Shown in pieces: positions 29,037-39,125 of a stretch of DNA of 64,000 nucleotides. The translations under genes were made by a program, and so were the position numbers. The stretch lies in IMG/VR virus record IMGVR_UViG_3300034812_000685, one strand, 5' to 3'. Below the pieces are notes generated by a model, which searched no databases, had not been told where the DNA came from, and was given only the letters and a program-made list of their open reading frames with translations. Each line of letters starts with the position of its first letter. Position 1 is the stretch's first letter. The DNA comes from an uncultured virus (IMG/VR IMGVR_UViG_3300034812_000685) (taxonomy: Duplodnaviria; Heunggongvirae; Uroviricota; Caudoviricetes).

Positions 29037-31063
29037 TGAGTACATTCTTTTTCAGCAACTCAGTGGAGTCAGAAGCACGCTCCCTGAGGTTTGATAGAGG
29101 CGCTGATGCAGAACTGACGAGAACCCCTTCCTCCAATGGCGACAGCGTGAACTTCTCCTTTAGCTGCTGGATTAAGCGGGGGAAGCTCTCTGATACGAGC
29201 ATTCAAGATTTTACGCTGTTGAGTGCTTACAGCTCCATCAGCAACAATACAGAGTTCTACATCGATTCATCTTACGGGCACCTCCAGTTCGAAGTTACTG
29301 GCAGCGGTTCAACGCAGGTCAATCTGAGCACCGCTATGGAGCTGCGCGATCCTGCGGCTTGGTATCACATCTTGCTCACCATGAAATCTGGTTTCCAGGG
29401 GGCAACAAAGATCTATGTGAATAACGAGCTGGCGGCTCAAACATCGGATACGGGAGGCGGCCGACTCAATAAGTCTTCACCCCATGGTATTGGGGCGCAG
29501 ATGGGTAATCTTGGTGGCAGCGCACACTTCGATGGCCTGATGGCGGAGGTCTACATGATCGACGGCCAGACGAAATTGCCGACTGACTTCGGTGAATACG
29601 ACTCGAACGGTCTCTGGGTTCCAAAGGCATATAGCGGAGGCTATGGGACCAATGGTTTCCACCTAAACTTCTCGAACAATTCGAGCACTTCGAACCTCGG
29701 AAAAGATTATAGCGGAAATGGTAACAACTGGACCGTCACCAACTTCAGTGTCACGACGGGTTCTGGAGACGACAGTTTCATCGATATACCAACAAACAAC
29801 TTTGCAACCCTGAATCCTCTGGATGAGTCTCCGTCAGGAGTGGATAACGGGAACCTGGACGCAACCTCTGCCAATGCGTACCCAACCATTATCCCAGGCT
29901 CAGGAACCTGGTACTACGAGGTGAATGGAACTGGCTACACATGGAACGGCACTCGTTCTGGTTGGACCAAAAGGTCTGGCTCCCACAACTTCGGTCAAAG
30001 AACATTCAACGGCACTGCAACTGCTGATACGCTGTGTGCTGCTAACTTGCCCACTCCAGTGATTGCCGATCCGTCGGAGCACATGGACATCGCGACGTAC
30101 ACAGGTAATCAGAGCAGCAGAAACATCACTGGGATAAACCATTCCCCCGATGTTGTCTGGATAAAGCAGCGAGGCAGCGAGGCGGTTGCGCACAGGCTTA
30201 CAAATACCTTGCGAGGCACGGGCAAATATCTTGCACCCAACAACGGCGGTCAAGAGGGAACGGATACTAACGGCGTTACATCCTTTAATTCCAATGGCTT
30301 TAGTCTTGGCAACAACAACTTTTACAACCGGTCTGGTCGTGCCTATGTCGCCTGGTGCTGGAATGTCGCCGAAGGCAATAGTAGCAACAACGTTGGCACC
30401 ATTAACAACACCCTTCGAATTAACTATACTGCTGATTTTGCGCTAATTCAGTACGAAGGGAATGGTACTGCAGGAGCGACTGTAGGCCACGGCCTGGGTG
30501 CAGAGCCTGAGTTCATTATTGTCAAAAACCTCGATCGAAGCGTTCATTGGCAGGTTTACCACAAACAGCTGGGAAATAACAAGCGCTTCAGGATGAGTGC
30601 TGGTGGTGCGGCGAACACAGGCAGCCAGTTCTGGAACAGCACGACCCCTACTAATACCGTTTTCACCTTAGGTGCCAATAATGGTGTGAATGCAAACGGT
30701 GAAACTCACTTGGCTATGTGCTGGGCTGGTATTGAGGGTTACAGCAAATTTGACACCTACACTGGCAACGGTTCCACTGACGGCCCATTTGTTAATCTTA
30801 ACTTCAGACCTAAGTGGATCATGATCAAAGCAGATGCTTCAATAAACTGGAACATGTTCGACGCTGACAGGGATGGTCACAATCCAGACAACAACCGCTT
30901 GATCACCAACACATCTGCCATAGAAAATACCGATGACTACCTAGACCTCCTTAGCAACGGTTTCAAGATTCGCTCTACAAATAGCGGAGTGAACCAGACT
31001 AGCACTAACTACTACTACGCCGCTTTTGCCGAGATGCCGTTCGTTTATGCCAACGCTCGCTAA
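29036..31063 (+). CDS. fibre tip/receptor-binding protein with LamG domain and repeated YxGNG modules
   Basis: SLRF, FSFSCWIKRG, RDPAAWYHI, YGTNGFHLNF; three Y(T/E)GN...P(D/E/K)xxxxK modules; ends FAEMPFVYANAR. Confidence 0.8.
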   Translation: MSTFFFSNSVESEARSLRFDRGADAELTRTPSSNGDSVNFSFSCWIKRGKLSDTSIQDFTLLSAYSSISNNTEFYIDSSYGHLQFEVTGSGSTQVNLSTAMELRDPAAWYHILLTMKSGFQGATKIYVNNELAAQTSDTGGGRLNKSSPHGIGAQMGNLGGSAHFDGLMAEVYMIDGQTKLPTDFGEYDSNGLWVPKAYSGGYGTNGFHLNFSNNSSTSNLGKDYSGNGNNWTVTNFSVTTGSGDDSFIDIPTNNFATLNPLDESPSGVDNGNLDATSANAYPTIIPGSGTWYYEVNGTGYTWNGTRSGWTKRSGSHNFGQRTFNGTATADTLCAANLPTPVIADPSEHMDIATYTGNQSSRNITGINHSPDVVWIKQRGSEAVAHRLTNTLRGTGKYLAPNNGGQEGTDTNGVTSFNSNGFSLGNNNFYNRSGRAYVAWCWNVAEGNSSNNVGTINNTLRINYTADFALIQYEGNGTAGATVGHGLGAEPEFIIVKNLDRSVHWQVYHKQLGNNKRFRMSAGGAANTGSQFWNSTTPTNTVFTLGANNGVNANGETHLAMCWAGIEGYSKFDTYTGNGSTDGPFVNLNFRPKWIMIKADASINWNMFDADRDGHNPDNNRLITNTSAIENTDDYLDLLSNGFKIRSTNSGVNQTSTNYYYAAFAEMPFVYANAR

Positions 31064-31094
31064 TCGGCATCCTACCCCTAGCCAGGCTTGAACC

Positions 31095-31883
31095 GTGTAT
31101 CACCTCAGTGGAACCCCTCTGCCTTTAGATCGACCATTCGTCGATGGCGACGGGAACCAATATCCCGGCAACTGGCTGCGTAATTCCACTCAGGATCAGC
31201 GCGATGCAGTAGGAATTGTCTGGGTGGCTCCAGACCCGTCCCTGGAGTACGACCAGCGCTTCTACTGGGGGCCGAGCAATCCCAAGGATCTAGACACCTT
31301 GAAGGCTCAGTGGGTCGGCAAGCAGAAGGAGTATGTGAACAAGACCTTGCTCCAAACTGACTGGTACGCCGCTAGGGCTCATGATACGGGCGTCCCTGTG
31401 CCCGAAGCTGTTGCCACCTATCGTAACGAACTGAGAACGATCTCAGGTCAACGCGAGGCGGAGATCAAGGCATGTGTGGACGTTGATGAGCTGGTTGCAC
31501 TGGTCACTGCTGACCTCACCATCGAGGTTGACGGTGCAGACGTGCCCAACCCTGATGGATTGACACCATGGACCGAGATGGGCGAAGTGGTCGAATATCC
31601 AGCCGTTGATTATCGCACCTTCTACGGCGCACTCCAGCTGAGCACGGTTTACGCGACCATCCGCACGCAAGCGGCCACAACACTGGCTGTGAACGTGTAT
31701 TGCACTGAGTTTATCGCTTCGATCGGCGAAGCCAAGGCTGGACTGCCTAAGCCAGTATCGATTCAACAGTGTATCAACGATCTGATTGACGCTGTAACGC
31801 TTACAGCTGCTGAGCGTACCGAGCTTGAGGGTCTGATGGCTGCTTACGGGTTGTCCGGAATCTACACGCTGCCTGCTGCATGA
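31095..31883 (+). CDS. tail fibre assembly/chaperone-like protein
   Basis: QYPGNWLR, YDQRFYWG and LLQTDWY...YRNELR motifs; follows the fibre genes. Confidence 0.7.
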   Translation: MYHLSGTPLPLDRPFVDGDGNQYPGNWLRNSTQDQRDAVGIVWVAPDPSLEYDQRFYWGPSNPKDLDTLKAQWVGKQKEYVNKTLLQTDWYAARAHDTGVPVPEAVATYRNELRTISGQREAEIKACVDVDELVALVTADLTIEVDGADVPNPDGLTPWTEMGEVVEYPAVDYRTFYGALQLSTVYATIRTQAATTLAVNVYCTEFIASIGEAKAGLPKPVSIQQCINDLIDAVTLTAAERTELEGLMAAYGLSGIYTLPAA

Positions 31884-31891
31884 TAGGCACC

Positions 31892-32440
31892 TTAAATCAA
31901 GTCTGTTGAGCTAAAGGTTTGCACAGCCAAGATGTCATCTTGGTCAAACCCCATAGGACGTTTGCCGTCATCTATTGCGACAGTAACAGTGAACTGATCA
32001 AAGCCTTGCAGCTTGTCAAACACCGATCCACCGGCATAAATAGTTTGCTGGCTACTGCCTTCCCAATAGCTGCCATTTGCTAGTGTTGTACGTTGGGTCA
32101 TTGTCTCAAACCCGCCATTCGCTTTACGCCTTGTCGCCTGCACTTGCATCAACAACGGATCGCCGCCGGTAAAGGTATCATCAACTTCTGAATCATAGAT
32201 CTCAATATCAACTCCGTTCTCTCGCATGGTAATACCGAACAAATCCTCTGAATCCTTGGTGGAGTAAGAAGTGATTGGATCTGGAGTTATTTTGTCGAGG
32301 CGTTTTTGTAGCTTTAAAACACGATTTTGAAGACGCTCTAATCGTCTTGCCCTGCGTTCTGTGATTCGCTTACTTCCCAGCAACTCAATTCTGTCCTGAA
32401 GCGTTTCAAGTCGCCCAGTAATCTCATCGTAGGCAAGCAT
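31892..32440 (-). CDS. hypothetical protein
   Basis: 182 aa with N-terminal coiled coil; promoter motif 30 nt upstream on the minus strand. Confidence 0.65.
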   Translation of the reverse strand: MLAYDEITGRLETLQDRIELLGSKRITERRARRLERLQNRVLKLQKRLDKITPDPITSYSTKDSEDLFGITMRENGVDIEIYDSEVDDTFTGGDPLLMQVQATRRKANGGFETMTQRTTLANGSYWEGSSQQTIYAGGSVFDKLQGFDQFTVTVAIDDGKRPMGFDQDDILAVQTFSSTDLI

Positions 32441-32570
32441 GATTTTTTTGTAGCTACATATTAAAGTTCCTAAGGGAAATTTTTGATTGGTATAATGTCA
32501 TTAGCACAGTGGAAACAACTTAATAACGCTTTAAAATCTAAATAGATCAGCAGTACTTTTACTGTTAAAA

Positions 32571-33275
32571 ATGGCCAACGATAGTAACAAGGAAAGCTTT
32601 CTTGAAAAAGCGGCTTATGACTATCGGTGTGAACCGCATCAGATTGCTGCGTGGAGGGCTTTAGAGGCGTCAGTAAGCAGCAGGCGTCTTAATGCCTTTA
32701 AAACGCGTTACAGCGGCTTAGAGGGGCCACGCAGGGTCTTTTTGGATGTACCTTATTTCAAGCAGAAAAAGCGCCAATCCGGCCATGCTGAAAAGCTGTC
32801 ATTTGGCTATTCAATGGCTATGGCAATGGAACACTTGGACCCTTACGCTATTGATGGAGATGTTGAATGGTATTTACAGATTGTTTCCTACTACGGAGAC
32901 AGTGTGTCTATAGCTGCGCAGATTTCGGCAGCTAGGTCTGTTGGTTTTGATACTTTGTTTGCTGATGATGGTAGAGAAGCAGATTTGATAATGCACCTGG
33001 ACAGACAGATCCCTGTACCGATCGGTATCTTGCATCGAGGTCCAATAGATAACTGCACCGGAGGTGGACATTGGATTTGTCTGGTCGGCTATGATGATAA
33101 GTATTTCTACGCACATGACCCACTTGGCACTCTCGACCTCGTGGCAGGGACTTACGATACCTCAGATAAAAATAGTGGGGAATTTGTCAAGTATGATCGT
33201 AAAAACCTTTTAGCACGATGGAACATTAATACCAACAATGACGGCTGGTATGTGCAGTTTGGCTATGCAATTTGA
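32571..33275 (+). CDS. C39-like peptidase-fold protein (putative endolysin)
   Basis: LDVPYFKQ, PVPIGILHRG, GGGHWICLVGYD and HDPLG motifs; the expected catalytic Cys appears to be Ser. Confidence 0.75.
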   Translation: MANDSNKESFLEKAAYDYRCEPHQIAAWRALEASVSSRRLNAFKTRYSGLEGPRRVFLDVPYFKQKKRQSGHAEKLSFGYSMAMAMEHLDPYAIDGDVEWYLQIVSYYGDSVSIAAQISAARSVGFDTLFADDGREADLIMHLDRQIPVPIGILHRGPIDNCTGGGHWICLVGYDDKYFYAHDPLGTLDLVAGTYDTSDKNSGEFVKYDRKNLLARWNINTNNDGWYVQFGYAI

Positions 33276-33306
33276 TTAGGTAACCTTTTAAGAATTTTAA
33301 ATAAAG

Positions 33307-33519
33307 ATGCAAGCCGTATTGTCATGGCTGCCGGGTTACATGTTTGATGGCTATAACCTGGTCTCTACAGGAGCTGCCATACCTCCAACACAACATATCT
33401 CCGAAAAAACAGGAGAAGTGATGTACTACTGCAGGCCCATATTTACTTGTGGTCCAACCGTAGGTTTGTATGTTCGCAAAAAGGGTATTATCGAAGCAAT
33501 TGAAAATGGGCACTACTAA
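33307..33519 (+). CDS. hypothetical protein
   Basis: Promoter motif 28 nt upstream of the ATG. Confidence 0.5.
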   Translation: MQAVLSWLPGYMFDGYNLVSTGAAIPPTQHISEKTGEVMYYCRPIFTCGPTVGLYVRKKGIIEAIENGHY

Positions 33520-33959
33520 TCATCAGCACCATAATTAAGGTCAGGGATTTTCTCTACAACTTCTTTGAAGTATTGATGTATAGAGTCTTCATCCCAATCA
33601 AAAGTATTGGCCAAGTTATTGCCGATAGCTTGTAATGCCTCTGAATGATGATCAGTCCAGTCGCCGGTCTTCATAGCATGATCGCGAATAGTAACTGCTG
33701 ATCCGAGAAGCTTAAGTTCAGTTTGTTGATCTTCCAGGGAAGATTTTGATTTACCCATCGAGTCAATCATGTTTTCATAAAGTTTAACTTTTTTAGCATC
33801 CACAACCTTCATTGCTGTGTAGCCAATCTTACCTAGTACAACCCTAGTGTTTTCATATATAAACCTAAAGATTGCCTGCTGAAAACCATACAAGTTATCG
33901 AGAATCTTTAATGAAAATACAGACGCGTTACTGACAAACCTGAAAAGCTTTTTCTGCAT
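33516..33959 (-). CDS. hypothetical protein
   Basis: 147-aa ORF downstream of the helicase gene. Confidence 0.6.
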   Translation of the reverse strand: MQKKLFRFVSNASVFSLKILDNLYGFQQAIFRFIYENTRVVLGKIGYTAMKVVDAKKVKLYENMIDSMGKSKSSLEDQQTELKLLGSAVTIRDHAMKTGDWTDHHSEALQAIGNNLANTFDWDEDSIHQYFKEVVEKIPDLNYGADD

Positions 33960-33978
33960 GATATTACTTGCTGTATAA

Positions 33979-35673
33979 TCAGTTTACCTGCGAGCTGGTT
34001 TCATCCCTCATCACTGATGACATGGGGTAATTCATTGTCAACAATGAGCATTCGACATTATGTTTTAATCCTTTGATTTTAGATCCATTCCAATAAGCTT
34101 GACGGCCACGGATCTTTGCATGCCAAAACTCAAGCTTTTTTGTTGATGTGTCAGCAGGGCTACCCTCTTGTTGCTCTAACTGTTGTTTCCTAACGATCCA
34201 GACCGCATGACTTACATGCGCCAAAGCATCAGTGCCACGGATTTGATCAAGAGTAGGAGCGTTTTTAGATGAAAGAGAATCCATTCCAACACGATTCATT
34301 TGAGCCAGAACAATAAGATCAATACCAAGCTCTTTTGCTGCGGTCATCAATTTATAAGCGCGATCTTCCATCATGCTGGAATCATTCGGAGGAGCACCTT
34401 TATGACGTGCCAAGCAGTGAAAGTGATCAAGGACTGCAGCTCTCAGATCAGGCATTTTCGCCTTCATGCTGCGCAGGATTGTGATAACTGTATCTACATC
34501 CGCTCCCCAGGGCGCTTCGACTAAAAGCTCACCACCACCATCTTGCAGTCTATTCAAAGCACTACTTAAATTCTCTGCAACTTTTTCTCGATTATTTGCC
34601 TCGGGTTGCTTAATATCACCAACGCTAGACCATTCATAATTCGTATTACATAACTTTGTGGCACATGCACTAATTCTTGTCCAGATTTCATCTTCATCAA
34701 GCTCTGCAGATACAAAACCAACTTTTAAACCACCTTTTACAAGGCCAACGGCAGCATTAACACCAAGAATTGTTTTACCAACACCAGTGCGAGCAGCAAG
34801 GGTAAAAAGCCGTCCACCATTGAATATTGTCCCAGGTGGATATACACCGCCTTCCATGTCTAAATCCATTGCGGGTATCGTTGTAGTTACTGGCTGTATC
34901 ACTTCTTCTGCCCGCAAAACCTTGTCGATCAATCCTGGCCTGCCTGTGTTGCCAAAAAGAATATCTCCCATTGTTTTGGCGTTGCCTTGCTGGCCAATTG
35001 ACCCGCGAAGCATGCCTAAGCACTCCATCAATTTTGATTGTTGAAATTCAATCGTCTTTTCCATCTTTGTATCAGCACGATGTGCCTGCATAACTGCATG
35101 CATGGTATCTGAGTAAATAGACTTTACTCGTGCTTGCCTTAAAAGATCTAGGGCAACACCCCATTCAGAAGCAGCATCGCCATAGGCATCCAAAGAATCT
35201 GGAGAACTAAGTTCATCTACAGCTTGTTTGAATGCATCATAAGAAACCCCTTGTGGATTATTTGGCAGTGATTGATATTCATGTAATAATGATTTACGAC
35301 TAATAAGTTCTGAGTTCCTTTCACCTAAAAAGGTGAAATCAATCTCGTTACCTATTGCCCTGAATGTCTTAGTAGACCATAGCGATAACGGTACTGATTG
35401 ATCATGCGCCACGCCAAGGCTAATCCTAAGTTGCGACCAAAGCTCACGGGCAACACCGCTTGGAGATGACAATACCCTGGCAAGAATTATAGATTCCTGA
35501 ACTGTTGTGCTTTCATTTTTAACAATTGTTGTAGGCTGAATCTTTTCAATGACACGGCTAATCCCAAGTATTGTCTCGCATGATTGCTCTGAAACTCCAA
35601 TGATTTTGCCATCAGCTTCCTGAAGAAGGCCAAGCTCTACAGCGTGCTGAATGTAACTTGGGAAAAAGCTCAT
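33979..35673 (-). CDS. dnaB: DnaB-like replicative helicase
   Basis: Walker A AARTGVGKT, VSAE, Walker B AVLDHF, LAQMNR, IRGTDAL, KIRG. Confidence 0.88.
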   Translation of the reverse strand: MSFFPSYIQHAVELGLLQEADGKIIGVSEQSCETILGISRVIEKIQPTTIVKNESTTVQESIILARVLSSPSGVARELWSQLRISLGVAHDQSVPLSLWSTKTFRAIGNEIDFTFLGERNSELISRKSLLHEYQSLPNNPQGVSYDAFKQAVDELSSPDSLDAYGDAASEWGVALDLLRQARVKSIYSDTMHAVMQAHRADTKMEKTIEFQQSKLMECLGMLRGSIGQQGNAKTMGDILFGNTGRPGLIDKVLRAEEVIQPVTTTIPAMDLDMEGGVYPPGTIFNGGRLFTLAARTGVGKTILGVNAAVGLVKGGLKVGFVSAELDEDEIWTRISACATKLCNTNYEWSSVGDIKQPEANNREKVAENLSSALNRLQDGGGELLVEAPWGADVDTVITILRSMKAKMPDLRAAVLDHFHCLARHKGAPPNDSSMMEDRAYKLMTAAKELGIDLIVLAQMNRVGMDSLSSKNAPTLDQIRGTDALAHVSHAVWIVRKQQLEQQEGSPADTSTKKLEFWHAKIRGRQAYWNGSKIKGLKHNVECSLLTMNYPMSSVMRDETSSQVN

Positions 35674-36626
35674 AGGAAATCAGGGATGTACAGAAAACGT
35701 GCTTGACCTCGATAGGTCCATGTTACTGGGTTTTCCTCGGATGTAATAAAAAAGATTTGAGCTACATTATCAGGCCTTTCGGGAGTCGCTGAATCATCAA
35801 AATATTTTTGCCGTTGTTCATCATTTTCAAAGTGCATAAACTCTACAGAGTTTATAGAAGGGTCGTAAGATTGATACCACTGCAACCAATGCTGTTTGTT
35901 GCTTTTATCAAATCTTGGCTTCATGTGAGCCGCACCACTCCTGTAAAATTGCTCAACAGCGATAAACTTTTTATCAGGAATATCAAGAGTGCCAAATACA
36001 CTTCCAATTCTAAAATTACCACCTGTTGGCCACCATTTATCTTCCTTTAAGCCTGCTAGCACTTGCTCTACGAATTTGGGATAGTCAGGCCTACTGATAC
36101 CAAGCCTTTTTGCTTGTGTTTCTAAACCAATAAAAGCAATTTTATCGATGTTTTCTTTCATCGTTAAGTACATTTCTGGCTTCTTCTCATCCCATACTTT
36201 TTTGATTTGCTGCCAACTTTCCTTAGCAGTTATGCCGGATGGTTTTCTTCTTGGCTGTGAGTCTATGGCCTCACTGATAGTATCTGGGCCTTTCTTTTTT
36301 GGCCTTGTATTAATCTTGTCGCCGTCAACATCTACGGGTTTTACATTAATTTCGTCAGGTATTTTTACCTGAACAATACCATCACCAATTCTTATGCCTC
36401 CAAGCTCTATCAAGCGTGTAAATGATCGATGAAAGTTGCTATATGGCACACCAAGCATACTTGCACAGCCTTTTTTGCCACGTTCGATATAAACCTCAGT
36501 GTCTTTTCTGCAAAGGCTAAGTAACTGCATCCACGTCACTTTTAACGACGCAGGCCAATTACCATTCAAGATTTCATTGGGCACAACAGTGTAATTAGCA
36601 GTCGTACATGGTCCGGCGATACGCAT
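35670..36626 (-). CDS. replication initiator protein (N-terminal winged HTH)
   Basis: NYTVVPNEIL...SLKVTWMQLLS start typical of phage initiators; coupled to the helicase; next to iterons; ATG at 36626 preferred over 36722. Confidence 0.65.
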   Translation of the reverse strand: MRIAGPCTTANYTVVPNEILNGNWPASLKVTWMQLLSLCRKDTEVYIERGKKGCASMLGVPYSNFHRSFTRLIELGGIRIGDGIVQVKIPDEINVKPVDVDGDKINTRPKKKGPDTISEAIDSQPRRKPSGITAKESWQQIKKVWDEKKPEMYLTMKENIDKIAFIGLETQAKRLGISRPDYPKFVEQVLAGLKEDKWWPTGGNFRIGSVFGTLDIPDKKFIAVEQFYRSGAAHMKPRFDKSNKQHWLQWYQSYDPSINSVEFMHFENDEQRQKYFDDSATPERPDNVAQIFFITSEENPVTWTYRGQARFLYIPDFL

Positions 36627-36851
36627 GCGAGGGAAGGGTGTGTGAGTGCGTCGAGCTGTTTCTGGAAGCCTTGCTTTGGTCAGTAAGAACAGTCTGCCAA
36701 GGGCGGCAACTGGAAAGTACATGCCTTGCCAAAGCTGTCAAGGGGACTGTGATGCGTTTTTGGGGTTTATGTTCATTCACACACTTTTTAACCTATCTTA
36801 TTGATAGTCTCAAGTGAGAATTCGATGGCCTCCAGCAAACGTCTAGAAAAG

Positions 36852-36905
36852 TTTTCCACAGACTCTCGACACCTTTCTTTTGGCTGTTTCCACAAGTTTT
36901 CCACA
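36852..36905 (+). promoter_or_regulatory. three DnaA-box-like sites
   Basis: TTTTCCACA at 36852 and 36897, GTTTCCACA at 36886. Confidence 0.7.
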
Positions 36906-36914
36906 GGGCCTTCG

Positions 36915-37020
36915 ATCATCAAAATGACAACCCGATCATCAAAATGACAACCGGCTCGATCATCAAAGTGACAACCCAAAAATCATCAAAGTGACAACTC
37001 TCGATCATCAAAATGACAAC
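36915..37020 (+). repeat. five 17-bp iterons, putative replication origin
   Basis: ATCATCAAARTGACAAC at 36915, 36935, 36959, 36982 and 37004, followed by AT-rich ATATGAAATAC x2. Confidence 0.85.
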
Positions 37021-37067
37021 CCCTCTATATATGAAATACATATGAAATACACGTTGAAGTACCGCGC

Positions 37068-37373
37068 GTGACCAGGAAACCAAGGGGATGGAAGGCCAAG
37101 TCCAGGGCGGCCTACGAGGACGGTGGAGAAGCCATCGGCAAAATCATGCTCTGGAATCCGGAGCGCGAACCTGAGATTTGGCGTCTCATCGCCGGCACGC
37201 AGCTTTGGCCTCGGTGGTACCTCTCCGCATTCCGGACGCACTACATTCGGGACAACCCGACCGACTACTCGCTCTGGAAAAACCGCAAATGGCGCAAGAA
37301 GCACCAGAAGGCACGGGCGGAGCGTGACCTAAAAAGGAAACGCAGGCAGGCAAGAGAGTCCCTGGAGAAATAA
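37068..37373 (+). CDS. basic hypothetical protein
   Basis: 101-aa ORF, first gene of the rightward arm; GC-richer than its neighbours. Confidence 0.45.
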   Translation: MTRKPRGWKAKSRAAYEDGGEAIGKIMLWNPEREPEIWRLIAGTQLWPRWYLSAFRTHYIRDNPTDYSLWKNRKWRKKHQKARAERDLKRKRRQARESLEK

Positions 37374-37409
37374 CTCTCTACGATCAAAACAGTTTTTCTG
37401 ATCACACCG

Positions 37410-38105
37410 ATGGCTGAAATTCAAAACCTTGCCGGAGTTGCGACAAGTGATCTTGTTGACAAGATCGGTACCGGACGTTTTGAAGCCAGTTATATCAACT
37501 GGGCACGTACCGCCAACCTGCTTCACCAGCATGCCCCTGGCTGGATGGTTGATTACATCCCGGCTGCAGATGGCGGCTTGCTTCATCGTTCGCCCGTTGG
37601 CGGCTACCTGCTGATCGGTTTTAAGCATCAGGACGGGACGACCACCCCGGCAGTTCCGCAGGCGGTGATGGACAATCGCAATAAGTCAATTGATTTCGAC
37701 AGCATCACGTCACGCGACATCACGGACACTCAGCGTCGGGGCATGTGCATGGCAGCAGCCATGACGTTTGGGCTTGCATTTGAGCTGTGGGCCAAGATGC
37801 CAATGGAATCTGGCTATGCCGCTCAAGGAGGCGAGCAAGGCCCAAAAGAAACAACAACAGGTACTCCCCAACAGGCCCCCTCTGCGGCGGATGCCAAGGG
37901 ATCTAGCCCTACCGAGGCAGCGTTCCGCGAAGCAGCCACCAAGATGGGCGTAAATACGGCTGTAATTGACACTTTGGTAGAGAAGCTCAACGGAGCTTTT
38001 GCCAAGGGCCTGGAGACGCTTCAGAAGACCACTGGTGAGGCCTTAAATGCCAAGTACGGATCAGCTGCGCTTAAGGAAAAGAAAACCACTGCCAGTCAAT
38101 GGTGA
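37410..38105 (+). CDS. single-strand annealing protein (Sak3/DUF1071-like)
   Basis: SYINWA...VMDNRNKSI...DITDTQRR...FGLAFELW motif. Confidence 0.7.
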   Translation: MAEIQNLAGVATSDLVDKIGTGRFEASYINWARTANLLHQHAPGWMVDYIPAADGGLLHRSPVGGYLLIGFKHQDGTTTPAVPQAVMDNRNKSIDFDSITSRDITDTQRRGMCMAAAMTFGLAFELWAKMPMESGYAAQGGEQGPKETTTGTPQQAPSAADAKGSSPTEAAFREAATKMGVNTAVIDTLVEKLNGAFAKGLETLQKTTGEALNAKYGSAALKEKKTTASQW

Positions 38106-38199
38106 TCTCTTAAGTTTTTGTCAATATTTTTCAGGAGTAATTGTTGACATTTCGCTTGAAGGGGGTTGACACCCCTTTCAGGCTTCTCATAATCCAACA

Positions 38200-39096
38200 G
38201 TGCTGACGCTCAATCCCTTGCAAACAGACCCCGTAGCTCGTTGGCTTGATCAAGCCTCCAGGTATCCAGTCTTGCCTAAGGCAGAAATTATCGCTCTTGC
38301 AAAAAGGCGTGACGCATTAGACAAGAATGACGTTGCCTACCAGCAAAAGTATCTGAAAATCATTAACAAGATTACGCAGCATAATCTTTTGCTCATCAAG
38401 AAGGTCGTTGACATTTACGTCAGCAAACGCCAGACACTTCATGCTCACAGCGACGTGGTTCCTGATCTTCTTCAGGCAGGCTTTTCCGGGCTTCGAAGGG
38501 CCGCTGAGCTGTACGACGGAACACGAGGATATACCTTTAGCACCTACGCAATCCCATGGATTCGCCAGGCAGTCTCTAGGCAGGGTCATGTCTTGCAAAA
38601 TGTTGTTTACATTCCCGAAGGCACTTTCCGTGCTGCAATTCACTACAAGCAGACCGGAGAAATTTCAGAATTGACCACTGGCACCAAGAACCCACGGTTG
38701 TTGCGGTCAGCTGTCCAGTCGATGGATGTTGGTTCGCTAGATATCGATGTTATGACTGGTCATGCCACCGGCCACGGAAGCTCAAGGAGTAATGATCCGC
38801 TTACGCGGATGGAAACTATTTCAGAAGCAAACAAATTGATTGCTAATGAACCATCTTCTGATTATGGAAAGCTTTTGGACGAATTTATGAGCAAGGCTGG
38901 CATCAAAGGCAAGACTGCAGAGCTTATCCATGCCTACGGGCGGCTAGGTCGTATTGACAGTGCTGCTCGTGTAGTTGGTATCACCGCAAACGATGCTCGC
39001 CGTATTAAAAAAGCTGCTTTACAAAGGATGCGTGGTTTAGTGACAAAAATGGATGAAGAAAAACGTGAGATGTGGGCTGCCTACCTGGCTCGCTAA
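38200..39096 (+). CDS. RNA polymerase sigma-70 family factor (RpoD/group 2-like)
   Basis: Region 1.2 DPVARWLDQASRYPVL; region 2 DLLQAGFSGLRRAAELYDGTRGYTFSTYAIPWIRQ. Confidence 0.9.
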   Translation: MLTLNPLQTDPVARWLDQASRYPVLPKAEIIALAKRRDALDKNDVAYQQKYLKIINKITQHNLLLIKKVVDIYVSKRQTLHAHSDVVPDLLQAGFSGLRRAAELYDGTRGYTFSTYAIPWIRQAVSRQGHVLQNVVYIPEGTFRAAIHYKQTGEISELTTGTKNPRLLRSAVQSMDVGSLDIDVMTGHATGHGSSRSNDPLTRMETISEANKLIANEPSSDYGKLLDEFMSKAGIKGKTAELIHAYGRLGRIDSAARVVGITANDARRIKKAALQRMRGLVTKMDEEKREMWAAYLAR

Positions 39097-39125
39097 AATG
39101 TAGTAAACCATTCTTTTGACTATCA

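Noticed and set aside
13199..31063. Diversity-generating retroelement or invertible fibre cassette
   Set aside because: No reverse transcriptase or invertase catalytic domain, and no adenine-specific TR/VR pair was seen in the window
36788..36979. 63-aa ORF with GCHFDDR repeats
   Set aside because: Translation of the iterons, not a plausible protein
36915..37020. Direct repeats read as a CRISPR array
   Set aside because: Spacers are only 3-7 nt and no cas genes are present; the context fits iterons
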